A DNA stretch of 64,000 nucleotides from the NCBI GenBank assembly GCA_035477115.1, contig DATIKW010000018.1:21256-85255 (forward strand), written 5' to 3'. Of this stretch, positions 48,834-58,351 are shown piece by piece. This DNA comes from Bacillota bacterium. GTDB lineage: Bacteria; Bacillota; Sulfobacillia; UBA995. Position 1 is the first letter of the stretch; each line of letters starts with the position of its first letter. A program made the position numbers and the translations under genes. The notes beneath the pieces were generated by a model. That model ran no database searches. It saw only the letters and a program-made list of their open reading frames with translations, and was not told where the DNA came from.

Positions 48834-49642
48834 CCGTTTCGCTCCTCCGCGCTCAAAGCCTCATTCATGCTGCCACTACGATAGCCACACAGGTCGAGGC
48901 TGACCCAAGCATAACCGATCGCCCGCAGGCGGTCCACCACCCCGGCCCGCGCGGCGAACAACTCTCCCAATTGTTCGCGGCCCACCTCGATGCTGGCCAA
49001 GCGACCATGGTGGCGGACGCGAACCTGGCGAAAGCCCAGCGAACGCAGAAAGTCCTCGGCCGCGCTTACTTGGGCGAGCGCTTCATGGTCGATGGCCTGC
49101 CCGTAGGGGAAGCGGCTGGCAAGGCAAGCCATGGCCGGCCGGTCCCAGGTGTCGAGACCTCGTTCCCGGGATAGCTGCCGCACCGTAGGCTTGTCCAACC
49201 CCGCCTCCAGCAACGGGCTGCGTACGCCCAGTTCTCGAGCAGCCCGGGAGCCGGGACGAAAGTCCGCCAGGTCGCTCGTCGTGGAACCGTCGGCCACCCA
49301 GGCCAGTCCCTGTTCTTCGGCCATGGCAACCAAGCGGGTGAACAGCTCGCGTTTGCAGTGATAGCATCGATCGGGGGGGTTAGACCGGAAGTCGGGGTCG
49401 TCGAGTTCCCGGGTGGTGATAGTCAGGTGCCGGACACCGATGCGTAAGGCCGCACGACCGGCCGATTCCTGGTCGCTCCCGGGATAGGTGGGCGACAGCG
49501 CCGTTACCGCTATGACGCCCTTTCCCAGGACTTCCACCGCGACGTCCAGGAGGAAGGTGGAATCGACCCCGCCGGAATAGGCAACCAGGACCGTACGCAT
49601 GTCCTCCAGTATCTGGCGTAATCGAATCATCGCCAAGGTCAC
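48830..49642 (-). CDS. larE: LarE-like PP-loop ATPase (ATP-dependent sacrificial sulfur transferase family, TIGR00268)
   Basis: VLVAYSGGVDSTFLL PP-loop, PPDRCYHCK, GVRSPLLEAGL…ACLASRFPYG, all highly similar to LarE. Confidence 0.8.
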   Translation of the reverse strand: MTLAMIRLRQILEDMRTVLVAYSGGVDSTFLLDVAVEVLGKGVIAVTALSPTYPGSDQESAGRAALRIGVRHLTITTRELDDPDFRSNPPDRCYHCKRELFTRLVAMAEEQGLAWVADGSTTSDLADFRPGSRAARELGVRSPLLEAGLDKPTVRQLSRERGLDTWDRPAMACLASRFPYGQAIDHEALAQVSAAEDFLRSLGFRQVRVRHHGRLASIEVGREQLGELFAARAGVVDRLRAIGYAWVSLDLCGYRSGSMNEALSAEERNG

Positions 49643-49818
49643 AGATCTACCCCTGCCCTGAAAGAGTGATGATAGGCTTCCTCATTGCTCGCTTCGGCTC
49701 CTGCCGATGCCAGCCAGCCCTTGATGTCCCCCGGCGCGCTGGGAGCAGGAGAGGCTGGCAGCGAGGAGGAAGGCTTCATGTGTACGCGAGACCGAACCGT
49801 GTTGAAGGAGACTGGCCC

Positions 49819-50712
49819 TTGACCTCGCCTCGCCTCACGCTCGCCGATGCCTTCCTGTCAGCCGTCGTACTGCTATGGGGTGTGCACTTCGTGGTCGCCA
49901 AGCGGGTGATGACGGTCCTCGACCCGCTGGCCTTCGCGCTGGTCCGTTTCGCCCTCGCTTCGGTCCTCCTGCTGATCGTGGCCGCCCGGGGGGGACGGCC
50001 CCGCTTCAGCCCACGGGACTGGATACAGGTCGGCTGGCTCGGTCTGCTCACCGGAGCCAACCAGGTGCTGTGGCTGCGGGGGCTGGAGTTGACCGGCGCC
50101 GGGGATGCCGCCCTGATCATGGCCTCATCGCCTGCGTTCGTCGCCATCATACGCTGGGCGGGAGGAGAACGGCCGGTAATGCTCACGGTCGGCGGGCTGG
50201 CCGTGGCCATGGCGGGCGTCGGCCTGATCGCCACTCCCCATGGGCCGGGAGGGCTTCAGCCGATGGGAGGCGTATTGATGCTGGGCGCCGCCATCACCTG
50301 GGCCCTATACACTGCTTCCGGACCGAGACTGCTAAACCACCATCCTGCCTTGCCGGTGACTGCGGGCGCCTTCCTGGTGGCCACTGCCGTGCTGATCGTG
50401 CCCGGCCTGGCCCCCGCCGTGGCCGCGCCCTGGGGACAGCTCACCCCGATGCTCTGGTTGGAACTCGGCTACTCCGCTTTCCTCGCCGGGAGCGTCGCGT
50501 GGGTGTTGTGGTACCGTGCGGTCTCCCAGATCGGGCCTACCCGGGTGATGGTCTATCAGTACTTCATCCCCGTGGTGGCCGCCCTGGCCGCCGCCGCCTG
50601 GCTCGGTGAAAGCTTCGCCCCCCGACAGATGCTGGGGGCAACCCTGGTGATCGGGGGCACGCTTGCGGTGCGACTTTCCTTACCGGTTGCCAAAGCGCTC
50701 GCGTCCGAATGA
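49819..50712 (+). CDS. EamA/DMT-family permease
   Basis: Ten TM helices. A TTG start is preceded by GAAGGAGA. The ORF track lists a longer 5-prime extension. Confidence 0.7.
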   Translation: MTSPRLTLADAFLSAVVLLWGVHFVVAKRVMTVLDPLAFALVRFALASVLLLIVAARGGRPRFSPRDWIQVGWLGLLTGANQVLWLRGLELTGAGDAALIMASSPAFVAIIRWAGGERPVMLTVGGLAVAMAGVGLIATPHGPGGLQPMGGVLMLGAAITWALYTASGPRLLNHHPALPVTAGAFLVATAVLIVPGLAPAVAAPWGQLTPMLWLELGYSAFLAGSVAWVLWYRAVSQIGPTRVMVYQYFIPVVAALAAAAWLGESFAPRQMLGATLVIGGTLAVRLSLPVAKALASE

Positions 50713-50759
50713 CCTCCTACGGCCGCGCATAGGCTGCCGCCGAAAGGGGTCGGGAAGGC

Positions 50760-53411
50760 GTGCGCCCCGTTCCCAGCGAGCTTCCGTGTCCGTGGCATGC
50801 ATTCTCCGTAGCGGACGTCGCGGCCAGGCTGAGTACCGATCTCCGGGATGGACTGCCCGTGGCCGAAGTGGCCCGGCGCCGCGCCCATTATGGGTCAAAC
50901 CGGTTGGTCGAAGCCAGACCCCCCGGATTCCTGCACACCCTGGCGCTGCAGTTTGCCGACTTCATGGTCGGGGTGTTGATGGCCGCGGCCGTACTGTCGC
51001 TGCTTCTCGGCGAACTGGTCGACTTCATCACCATCATCGCGATAGTGATGGTCAACGCGCTGCTCGGGGCCGTGCAGACCCACCGGGCGGAACGTTCGCT
51101 GGCGGCGCTGCGCGATCTGGCCGCGCCCGCCGCCCGGGTAATACGGGCCGGCCAACTTGTGCCGGTGGGCGCGGATGAACTGGTGCCGGGAGACGTGGTG
51201 CTCCTTGAGCCCGGCGACCGGGTGCCGGCCGACCTGCGGCTCGTGGAGACCTGGGCTCTGGAAGCAGACGAGTCGCCGCTCACCGGCGAGTCGATCCCGG
51301 TGGAAAAGCGAGCCGCACCGGTACTAGCCCCGCCTACGGCCCTCGGCGACCGCCGCAATCTGCTGTTCAGCTCGACAACGGTGGTCCGCGGCACCTGCCG
51401 GGCGCTGGTGGTCGCCACCGGGATGGATACGGAACTCGGCAAGGTGGCAGCCATGCTCCGGCCGGGGCCGCGCGACGCCACTCCCTTGGAGGGACGCTTG
51501 AGCGAACTCGGCCGCGTGCTGGTGCTCATCTGCCTGACGGTGTGCGCTCTGGTTGTCGTGATGGGCCTCGGCCGAGGCGAGGCTTTCGCGCCGATGCTGC
51601 TCACCGGAGTCAGCTTGGCGGTAGCGGCTATACCCGAGGGTCTGCCGGCGGTCGTCACCATCGCGCTCGCCACCGGCGTCCAGCGGATGGCCGATCGGCG
51701 GGTGATCATCCGGCGGCTGCCGGCCGTGGAAACCCTGGGATGCACGACCGTCATTTGCACCGATAAGACGGGCACGCTCACCGAGAACCGGATGACGTTG
51801 CGGGAGCTACACCCGGGCGGGCCGGCGGAGTTGGCGGCGGGGCTCCTCTGCTGCAATGCGCGGCTGACGGCCGGCGGGAGGGACGCTCGCGGCGACCCCA
51901 CCGAAGCGGCCCTGGTCCTGGCTGCAGCCGCTTCCGGGATCACCCGGGAGGCGGTCGAGGCGGCCTACCCCCGCGCGGCAGAAATCCCCTTCGAGCCGGA
52001 ACGCCGCCGCATGACCACCCTGCATTCGCGGCGAGGGAGGGGCGTCCTGGACCGTCTGCTGGGTCGCGACGTCCGGCATTTCCTGGTCACCAAGGGGGCG
52101 CCTGATGCCGTCCTGCCCCTCTGTGCCGCCCGCCAGGACGGAGACCGGCGAGTTCCCATGGACCCGGCGGCGCGGGCGGAGTGCCTCCGCCGGGCGGAGG
52201 ACCTCGCGGGACGCGGGCTGCGGGTGCTCGCCATCGCCTACCGCCCGCTCTACCGGACGCCCGGGGGGCGGCCCGAGCCCGAACTCGAGCGGGACTTGTG
52301 TCTCCTGGCCCTGGCCGCGATCGCCGACCCACCCCGGGCTGAGGTGCCCGAAGCGCTTCGCGTCTGCCGCCGGGCGGGCGTCCGCGTGCTGATGTTGACC
52401 GGCGACCACCCGGCGACCGCGCGCAGCATCGCCGAGGAACTAGGCCTGCTTGAGCGGCAGGAGGCCGTCGTCACCGGCGCCGAACTCGAGGCGATGGACG
52501 ACCGGCGGTTGGCCCGGACCATCCGCACCGCCACCGTGTTTGCCCGGGTGTCCCCCGCCGACAAACTGCGGCTCGTCCGAGCCGTACGCCGCCAAGGACA
52601 TATCGTCGCCATGACCGGCGATGGCATCAACGATGCCCCGGCGCTGAAGGAGGCGGATATCGGGGTGGCCATGGGCCAGACCGGCACGGACGTGGCCCGC
52701 GAGGCATCGGCTATGGTCCTCCTCGACGACGACTTCACCGGGATCGTCCAGGCGATCCTCGAGGGAAGGGCCATCTACGACAATATCCGCAAATTCCTGC
52801 GTTACCTCCTGGCCTGCAATGCCGGGGAGATCCTGGTCATGCTGGGAGCTTCCTTGTTACACCAGCCGCTCCCGCTCTTGCCGGTGCAGATCCTCTGGGT
52901 CAATCTGGTGACGGACGGGCTGCCGGCCATCGCCCTCGGGCTGGGCCGACCCGACCCCGGGGTTGCCGATCGCCCGCCGCGTCCCCCCGGCGAGAGCATC
53001 TTCGCCCGGCGGCTGGGGGTCAAGATCGCCGGCCGGGGCATGCTCATCGGCCTGGGATCGCTGGCGGCGTTCCTGTACGGGCGGCATGCCTTCCCCGCCG
53101 ACCTGACGCTGGCGAGGACGATGTGTTTCGCCACGCTCGTCCTCGCCCAGCTCCTGCACGCCTTCGATTGCCGGTCGGAGCACCGTTCGCTCGTGGAAAC
53201 CGGCTTGCTCGCGAATCTCCCCTTACTGGCGGCCGTATCCTGCTCGGCCCTGATGCTGCTTGCGGTCATCTACCTGCCCGCCCTGCAACCGGTCTTCCGA
53301 ACCATGCCGCTCGGCCTCGGAGAGTGGGCAGCGGTCCTGGCCGCAGCGGCCTCAAGCCAGGTACTGGTGGGCATCAGGCGGCTCCTCCGTCACCAGGGCT
53401 GGCTTCGCTAG
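50760..53411 (+). CDS. Cation-transporting P-type ATPase (type II, Ca2+/Mg2+-ATPase-like)
   Basis: DKTGTLT phosphorylation motif, TGDGINDAPAL, 883 aa and 10 TM helices. Confidence 0.88.
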   Translation: MRPVPSELPCPWHAFSVADVAARLSTDLRDGLPVAEVARRRAHYGSNRLVEARPPGFLHTLALQFADFMVGVLMAAAVLSLLLGELVDFITIIAIVMVNALLGAVQTHRAERSLAALRDLAAPAARVIRAGQLVPVGADELVPGDVVLLEPGDRVPADLRLVETWALEADESPLTGESIPVEKRAAPVLAPPTALGDRRNLLFSSTTVVRGTCRALVVATGMDTELGKVAAMLRPGPRDATPLEGRLSELGRVLVLICLTVCALVVVMGLGRGEAFAPMLLTGVSLAVAAIPEGLPAVVTIALATGVQRMADRRVIIRRLPAVETLGCTTVICTDKTGTLTENRMTLRELHPGGPAELAAGLLCCNARLTAGGRDARGDPTEAALVLAAAASGITREAVEAAYPRAAEIPFEPERRRMTTLHSRRGRGVLDRLLGRDVRHFLVTKGAPDAVLPLCAARQDGDRRVPMDPAARAECLRRAEDLAGRGLRVLAIAYRPLYRTPGGRPEPELERDLCLLALAAIADPPRAEVPEALRVCRRAGVRVLMLTGDHPATARSIAEELGLLERQEAVVTGAELEAMDDRRLARTIRTATVFARVSPADKLRLVRAVRRQGHIVAMTGDGINDAPALKEADIGVAMGQTGTDVAREASAMVLLDDDFTGIVQAILEGRAIYDNIRKFLRYLLACNAGEILVMLGASLLHQPLPLLPVQILWVNLVTDGLPAIALGLGRPDPGVADRPPRPPGESIFARRLGVKIAGRGMLIGLGSLAAFLYGRHAFPADLTLARTMCFATLVLAQLLHAFDCRSEHRSLVETGLLANLPLLAAVSCSALMLLAVIYLPALQPVFRTMPLGLGEWAAVLAAAASSQVLVGIRRLLRHQGWLR

Positions 53412-54133
53412 CGGCCGCCGGGCAGCTCGAGCCGGACGTAGGTCTGCGGTACTTCTCCCAGCAAGACGGTTTGGGCCACGGGGAAGCGATTCTGAAGCTC
53501 CACCCTGGTGGAAAGCAAGGGGACCACTACCCGCATATTCACCGTCACTTCCATGTAGAGGGTGTGCCGGGTCTGGTTGATGCCGGCCTCCTCCATGGAA
53601 TCTCTCACCTCCACCAGGGGGACGGCGATGGGCACGAGCCGGACGGGGATGCGGGGGCCGTAGTTGGCGAAGATCTGGCTGCCCATCACCTGGCCCAAGG
53701 GGATGGCGACCCGGGTATCCGCGAGGCGTTCCAGTTCCGCTTGAAGGTCGAGCACGGTGGCCGCGGCCAGCGCGTTGATCGCGGTGGTATTGGGGAGCAG
53801 TACGACCACCCGGCCCCGCTCATCGCGCTCCAGGTGCATCAGCTGCCGGTAATCGGCTACGGCGGCGTGCTCCTGGATGACGCGGGCCACGCCTTCCTGG
53901 GCCATGTTGGCGACATGGGCTTCCGCCAGGATGAGGATGGTAGGCGCCAAGCCGGCCTCGAGCACGGCCAACGCGACCACCGCGAGCAGCACGAGCATGA
54001 GGACCGCCAGACCCGGCGCGAGGGCGGCCGGATCACGGCGGGCGCCGCCAGCCAGGCGGGCGGCCCGGCGCCTGCGCGCCAGCCACCGCCGGAAACGGAT
54101 CAAGGTCAACACCTCCTGGGAACCGAGCACCAC
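53408..54133 (-). CDS. yunB: Sporulation protein YunB
   Basis: N-terminal TM plus C-terminal EEAGINQT…VVVPLL…GEVP. These match the YunB family motifs (GINNT, VVIPF, GEVP). Confidence 0.6.
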   Translation of the reverse strand: MVLGSQEVLTLIRFRRWLARRRRAARLAGGARRDPAALAPGLAVLMLVLLAVVALAVLEAGLAPTILILAEAHVANMAQEGVARVIQEHAAVADYRQLMHLERDERGRVVVLLPNTTAINALAAATVLDLQAELERLADTRVAIPLGQVMGSQIFANYGPRIPVRLVPIAVPLVEVRDSMEEAGINQTRHTLYMEVTVNMRVVVPLLSTRVELQNRFPVAQTVLLGEVPQTYVRLELPGGR

Positions 54134-54151
54134 CGATCCCCAGGCTATGGG

Positions 54152-55399
54152 TCAACCGTCCCCTCCCGTGCCTGTCCCAACCCGCAGGCGGACCGACCGG
54201 CGTTTTCCGACCCGGAGGACCATCCCGTCCCGCGGCGCGATCAGCTCCCCGGCGTCCTCCGCCAGCCGTCCATCGATCCGCACCCCGCCCTGTTCCACCA
54301 GCCGCCGGCCCTCGGATGCGCTGCTGGCTATGCCGCTGGCGGCGAGCAACCAGGCGACGCCCACGCGGCCGTCGCCGACTTCGGCTGCGGACAGGTGGTA
54401 GTCGGGGATCGATGCCGGCAGGGCCCCCCGGCGGAAGACGGCGTCGAACTCCTCGGCCGCGGCGCCCGCGTCATCCCGACCGTGGTATATCGACACTATT
54501 TCCCCGGCCATGCGCGCCTTGGCGTCCCGAGGGTTGAGTCCGCCGCCGGCCATGGCGGCAGCCATCGCTTCGATCTCGACCGCCGGGACGTCGGTGCATA
54601 GCTGCAGGTAACGCAGGATGAGCCGGTCGGGTATGGACATGAGGCGGCCGTACATCTCGGCCGGCGGGTCGCTGACGCCCACGTGGTTGCCGAGGCTCTT
54701 GGACATCTTCTCCACGCCGTCGATGCCCTCGAGCAAGGGCAGGGTGACGACCACCTGCGGCGCCAGTCCGTAGTCCCGCATGATCTCGCGGGTGGCCAGG
54801 AAGTTGAAGGTCTGATCGGTGCCGCCCAGCTCCACATCGGCCTGAAGGTGAACCGAGTCGTAGGCCTGGGCTAGCGGGTACAGCAGTTCGTGGACGAACA
54901 CCGGTATGCCCGCCTTCAAGCGCTGCGAGTAGTCATCGCGCTCCAGCAAGCGGGCCACGGTGTACCGGGAAGCCAGACGCAGGATGTCCGCGAACCCGAG
55001 CGGGCCGAGCCAGTCGTTGTTGAACAGCACCCGGGTCTTATCCGGATCGAGGATGCAGCTAATCTGGCGCTGGTAGGTGCGGGCGTTTTCCCGAACCTGG
55101 ACCTCGGTAAGTAGCGGCCGAGTTTCGGACTTGCCGCTCGGGTCGCCGATCCGGCCGGTGAAATCGCCCACCACGAAGAGCACCTCGTGCCCGAGGTCTT
55201 GAAACTGCCGGAGCTTCCGGAGGACCACGGCATGTCCGAGATGGATGTCAGGGGCGGTGGGGTCGGCGCCCAGCTTCACGCGAAGCGGCCGTCCCTCGGC
55301 TTGAGCCCGCGTCAGGCGCTCCCGCAACTCGCTCTCATTGATGAGCTGGGCCGTGCCCCGCTTGAGCAGTTCCACCTGTTCGCGCACCGGGATGGGCAT
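54152..55399 (-). CDS. tyrS: Tyrosyl-tRNA synthetase
   Basis: HIGH-type motif (DIHLGHAV), KMSKS (KMSKSLGN), C-terminal S4 domain. Confidence 0.92.
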   Translation of the reverse strand: MPIPVREQVELLKRGTAQLINESELRERLTRAQAEGRPLRVKLGADPTAPDIHLGHAVVLRKLRQFQDLGHEVLFVVGDFTGRIGDPSGKSETRPLLTEVQVRENARTYQRQISCILDPDKTRVLFNNDWLGPLGFADILRLASRYTVARLLERDDYSQRLKAGIPVFVHELLYPLAQAYDSVHLQADVELGGTDQTFNFLATREIMRDYGLAPQVVVTLPLLEGIDGVEKMSKSLGNHVGVSDPPAEMYGRLMSIPDRLILRYLQLCTDVPAVEIEAMAAAMAGGGLNPRDAKARMAGEIVSIYHGRDDAGAAAEEFDAVFRRGALPASIPDYHLSAAEVGDGRVGVAWLLAASGIASSASEGRRLVEQGGVRIDGRLAEDAGELIAPRDGMVLRVGKRRSVRLRVGTGTGGDG

Positions 55400-55450
55400 G
55401 GCGTCGTCTCCTCAAGGACGGTCGTGCTCGATTGCCGCCAGTTTGGCGGT

Positions 55451-55479
55451 ATTATAGCATGCGGTATTGGGGAGGACAA
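55451..55479 (-). promoter_or_regulatory. Sigma-A type promoter of tyrS (TTGTCC-17-TATAAT) with a short hairpin leader and no T-box
   Basis: Hexamers seen on the minus strand. The leader of about 50 nt holds a CCGCCA/TGGCGG hairpin and GAGGAG. Confidence 0.5.
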
Positions 55480-55554
55480 CTCACACGGGACGTCGTAACC
55501 GCCCGCCATTACGCTTCTAGCTGCAACTTTCCCTGCGGAGGCTACGGTCCTGGT

Positions 55555-55584
55555 TTGACAGGGTTGGCGAGGCTGGAGTAGAAT
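55555..55584 (+). promoter_or_regulatory. Sigma-A type promoter of the class A PBP gene (TTGACA-18-TAGAAT)
   Basis: Consensus -35 and a near-consensus -10, seen about 35 nt upstream of the GTG start. Confidence 0.5.
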
Positions 55585-55616
55585 TAGTCACCCGGCCGGA
55601 ACAGGGGGAATCGCGT

Positions 55617-58223
55617 GTGACGCCCAGATCCACGGCCACGACCGCCGCCGGCGCTCGGGACCATGGTGCGCGAAGCCGGCGACGGTTCCGCATTTCCTTC
55701 TTCCGGATGTTCTTGCTGGTATTCCTGGTGGCATCGCTCGGCACGGCAGCGGTCGCCGGGAACCTGATCTGGCAAGCTTACCGGGGATTGCCCATCCTCG
55801 CCAGCCTCGAACCCCAGCCGAGCGAGAGCACTTTCCTTTACGACGCCCAAGGCCAACTGCTTACCCAGCTGCACGGTCCCGAACACCGGGTGCTGGTTTC
55901 GCTGGACCAGATCCCCAGCCATGTCGTCAACGCCTTCGTCGCCATCGAGGATCACCGCTTCTTCGATCACCTGGGGGTCGACTTCCGCGGCATACTCCGG
56001 GCGGCCTACGTCAACATCGTGGGCGGCCAGATCATCGAGGGCGCGAGCACCATAACGCAGCAACTGGCCAGGAATGCCTGGCTCACGCTGGATCGTACCT
56101 ATGAGCGGAAGCTACAAGAGGTCTTCCTGGCCCTGCAACTCGAGAGGTTTTACACCAAGGAAGAAATCCTGGAGATGTATCTGAATCAGATCTTCTTCGG
56201 CCACAAAGCATACGGCATTCAGGCGGCTTCGCAGGTCTACTTCGGCAAGGATGTCGGCGAACTCACGGTGGCGGAAGGCGCATTGCTGGCAGCGGTGGCC
56301 CGCGGGCCGCAACTCTACTCCCCTTATCTCAACCCCGAGGCCGCGAAAGATCGCCGGAATCTGGTGCTGGAGGCCATGGTCCGTCACGGATTCCTCAACC
56401 AGGGCGAGTTCGAGCAGCTCCGCGAGCAACCCCTGGTCCTGCGCGGCCTGCGCCGGCCTGCCGAGTATCCCCACCCCTGGTTCGTGGACTATGTGCTGAG
56501 CCAACTCCTCGACCGCTACGGGCCGGCCCAGGTGTATGGAGGAGGGCTGCATGTATACACCACGCTGGTGCCCTCCATCCAGGCGGCCGCCGAGGAGGCT
56601 TTTCGGCTTCACCTCGATCCGCCTTTCCCGCTGGATGCGATCGACCCGGCCACCGGCCAGCTAGCCGTGCAGCCCGAGACGGGGGGCGTCTTCCTCGATC
56701 CGCACACCGGCTACATCCTGGCCATGGTGGGCGGGCGCCGGCACGATGAGGCGTTGGAGCTGAACCGGGCATGGCAGGCCTACCGGCAAACCGGTTCGGC
56801 GTTCAAACCGCTGATCTACGCGGCGGCGCTGGAAATGGGCTATGCCCCGGCCACCATCGTCGACGACTGGCCATCTACTTACACGCTCGTCGATGGCACG
56901 CAGTGGACGTTCGAAAACCATAACCTCCTGTACCGCGGATTGACGCCCTACCGCGAGGGACTCGCCCTGTCGATCAACACCATGGCCGTGAAGGTGCTGG
57001 AGAAGATCGGCATCAACACGGGCTTCGAGTCCGCCCGGCGCCTGGGCATCGAGAGCCTGGTCGAGCGCGACGCCCAGGACCGCACGGACCGTGCCCTTTC
57101 GCCCCTGGCCCTGGGCGCCCTGACGCGGGGGACGACGCCCCTGCAGATGGCCCGCGCTTTCGCACCCTTCGCCAACGGGGGATACCGGATCGAGCCGATC
57201 GCCATCCTCCGGGTGACGGATCGCCACGGCAACGTCCTCGAGGAGAACGAACCGCGCAAGGAAGTGGTGCTCAGCGAGGAATCGGCCTACCTGATGACCA
57301 GCATGCTCCGGTCCACCGTGGACTGGGGCACGGGCGTGGTGGCCCGCCTGGCCACCGGGCATCCGGTAGCCGGCAAGACGGGCACCACCGACGATGATGT
57401 GGATGCGTGGTGGGTCGGATACACGCCGGAGTTCCTGGGAGCGGTATGGATGGGTTACGATCAGCCGCGTTCCATGGATGGCGTGTGGGGCAGCACCTAC
57501 GCCGCCCCCATCTGGCGCGACGTGGCCGCGGCGGCCCTCGCCGGCACCCCTCCCTCGACCTTCGTCCGGCCGAGGAACATCGTGGAACTGGACGTCTGTA
57601 TCCGATCCGGCAAGCTCCCCGGCCCGCACTGTCCGCCCGGCGACATACGGCGGGAGGTCTTCCGGCGCGGCACCGAGCCGCGAACGCCCTGCGACGTTCA
57701 TTACGTGGTGATGATCTGCGGCGACCACCCGAATTACCTGGCAGGCCCGGGGTGCCCCAACCCCGTCGCCCGGGTGGCCATCCGCCGCACGAGTCCGTGG
57801 TCGGCTTACACCGCCGTCCACGAGGACACGGAACGCCTGGTGACCTTCATACCGGCCGATGCCGCCCTGGAAGCGCCCACCGCGGTCTGCGAAGTCCACG
57901 GTCCCCCGCAACCGGGGATCCCTTACGTCGGGCCGGTGCGCAACATCAAGCTATACGCATGGCGGTTCCAGTTCAGCCCGTCGACGATTACCGTGAACTT
58001 CGGCGACAAGGTGCGCATCCACCTCGAGTCGACCGACGTCAACCACGGCCTGGCCATACCGGAGTTCGGCGTTCACGCGGTGGTCCTGGCGGGACGGCCG
58101 GTAATCGTGGAGTTCATCGCCGAACGAGAGGGTAGCTTCCCCTTCTATTCGGCCGTGTTCTCCGGACGGCACTGGGACCGGATGACCGGCACCCTCGTGG
58201 TCTTGCCGCCAGCCGGCGGGTAG
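55617..58223 (+). CDS. Class A penicillin-binding protein (glycosyltransferase + transpeptidase) with C-terminal cupredoxin-like domain
   Basis: GT51 motifs (EDHRFFDHLGVD, ITQQLARN), a transpeptidase SXXK (SAFKP) and KTGT. The C-terminal 200 aa or so resembles a CoxII/cupredoxin fold, with the Cu ligands replaced (FYSAVFSGRHWDRM). Confidence 0.85.
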   Translation: MTPRSTATTAAGARDHGARSRRRFRISFFRMFLLVFLVASLGTAAVAGNLIWQAYRGLPILASLEPQPSESTFLYDAQGQLLTQLHGPEHRVLVSLDQIPSHVVNAFVAIEDHRFFDHLGVDFRGILRAAYVNIVGGQIIEGASTITQQLARNAWLTLDRTYERKLQEVFLALQLERFYTKEEILEMYLNQIFFGHKAYGIQAASQVYFGKDVGELTVAEGALLAAVARGPQLYSPYLNPEAAKDRRNLVLEAMVRHGFLNQGEFEQLREQPLVLRGLRRPAEYPHPWFVDYVLSQLLDRYGPAQVYGGGLHVYTTLVPSIQAAAEEAFRLHLDPPFPLDAIDPATGQLAVQPETGGVFLDPHTGYILAMVGGRRHDEALELNRAWQAYRQTGSAFKPLIYAAALEMGYAPATIVDDWPSTYTLVDGTQWTFENHNLLYRGLTPYREGLALSINTMAVKVLEKIGINTGFESARRLGIESLVERDAQDRTDRALSPLALGALTRGTTPLQMARAFAPFANGGYRIEPIAILRVTDRHGNVLEENEPRKEVVLSEESAYLMTSMLRSTVDWGTGVVARLATGHPVAGKTGTTDDDVDAWWVGYTPEFLGAVWMGYDQPRSMDGVWGSTYAAPIWRDVAAAALAGTPPSTFVRPRNIVELDVCIRSGKLPGPHCPPGDIRREVFRRGTEPRTPCDVHYVVMICGDHPNYLAGPGCPNPVARVAIRRTSPWSAYTAVHEDTERLVTFIPADAALEAPTAVCEVHGPPQPGIPYVGPVRNIKLYAWRFQFSPSTITVNFGDKVRIHLESTDVNHGLAIPEFGVHAVVLAGRPVIVEFIAEREGSFPFYSAVFSGRHWDRMTGTLVVLPPAGG

Positions 58224-58250
58224 TAGGGGCGGGTTCCGAACCCGCCCCTA
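58224..58250. repeat. 27-bp palindrome TAGGGGCGGGTTCCGAACCCGCCCCTA (copy 3)
   Basis: Identical to copy 1. It lies between the convergent PBP1A gene and the ABC-2 permease gene. Confidence 0.9.
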
Positions 58251-58351
58251 CAAGGATCACGAGTACCACGGCGGGCTTGGCCGCGACCGTGACGGCGACC
58301 GCGAGCACGCCGGCGACCGCGACCCGGTCGCCCGATGGTGAATCCATTTTC

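Noticed and set aside
55400-55616. Expected T-box leader upstream of tyrS
   Set aside because: No T-box consensus or specifier/antiterminator structure is present in the intergenic region. I recorded a simple promoter plus short hairpin instead.
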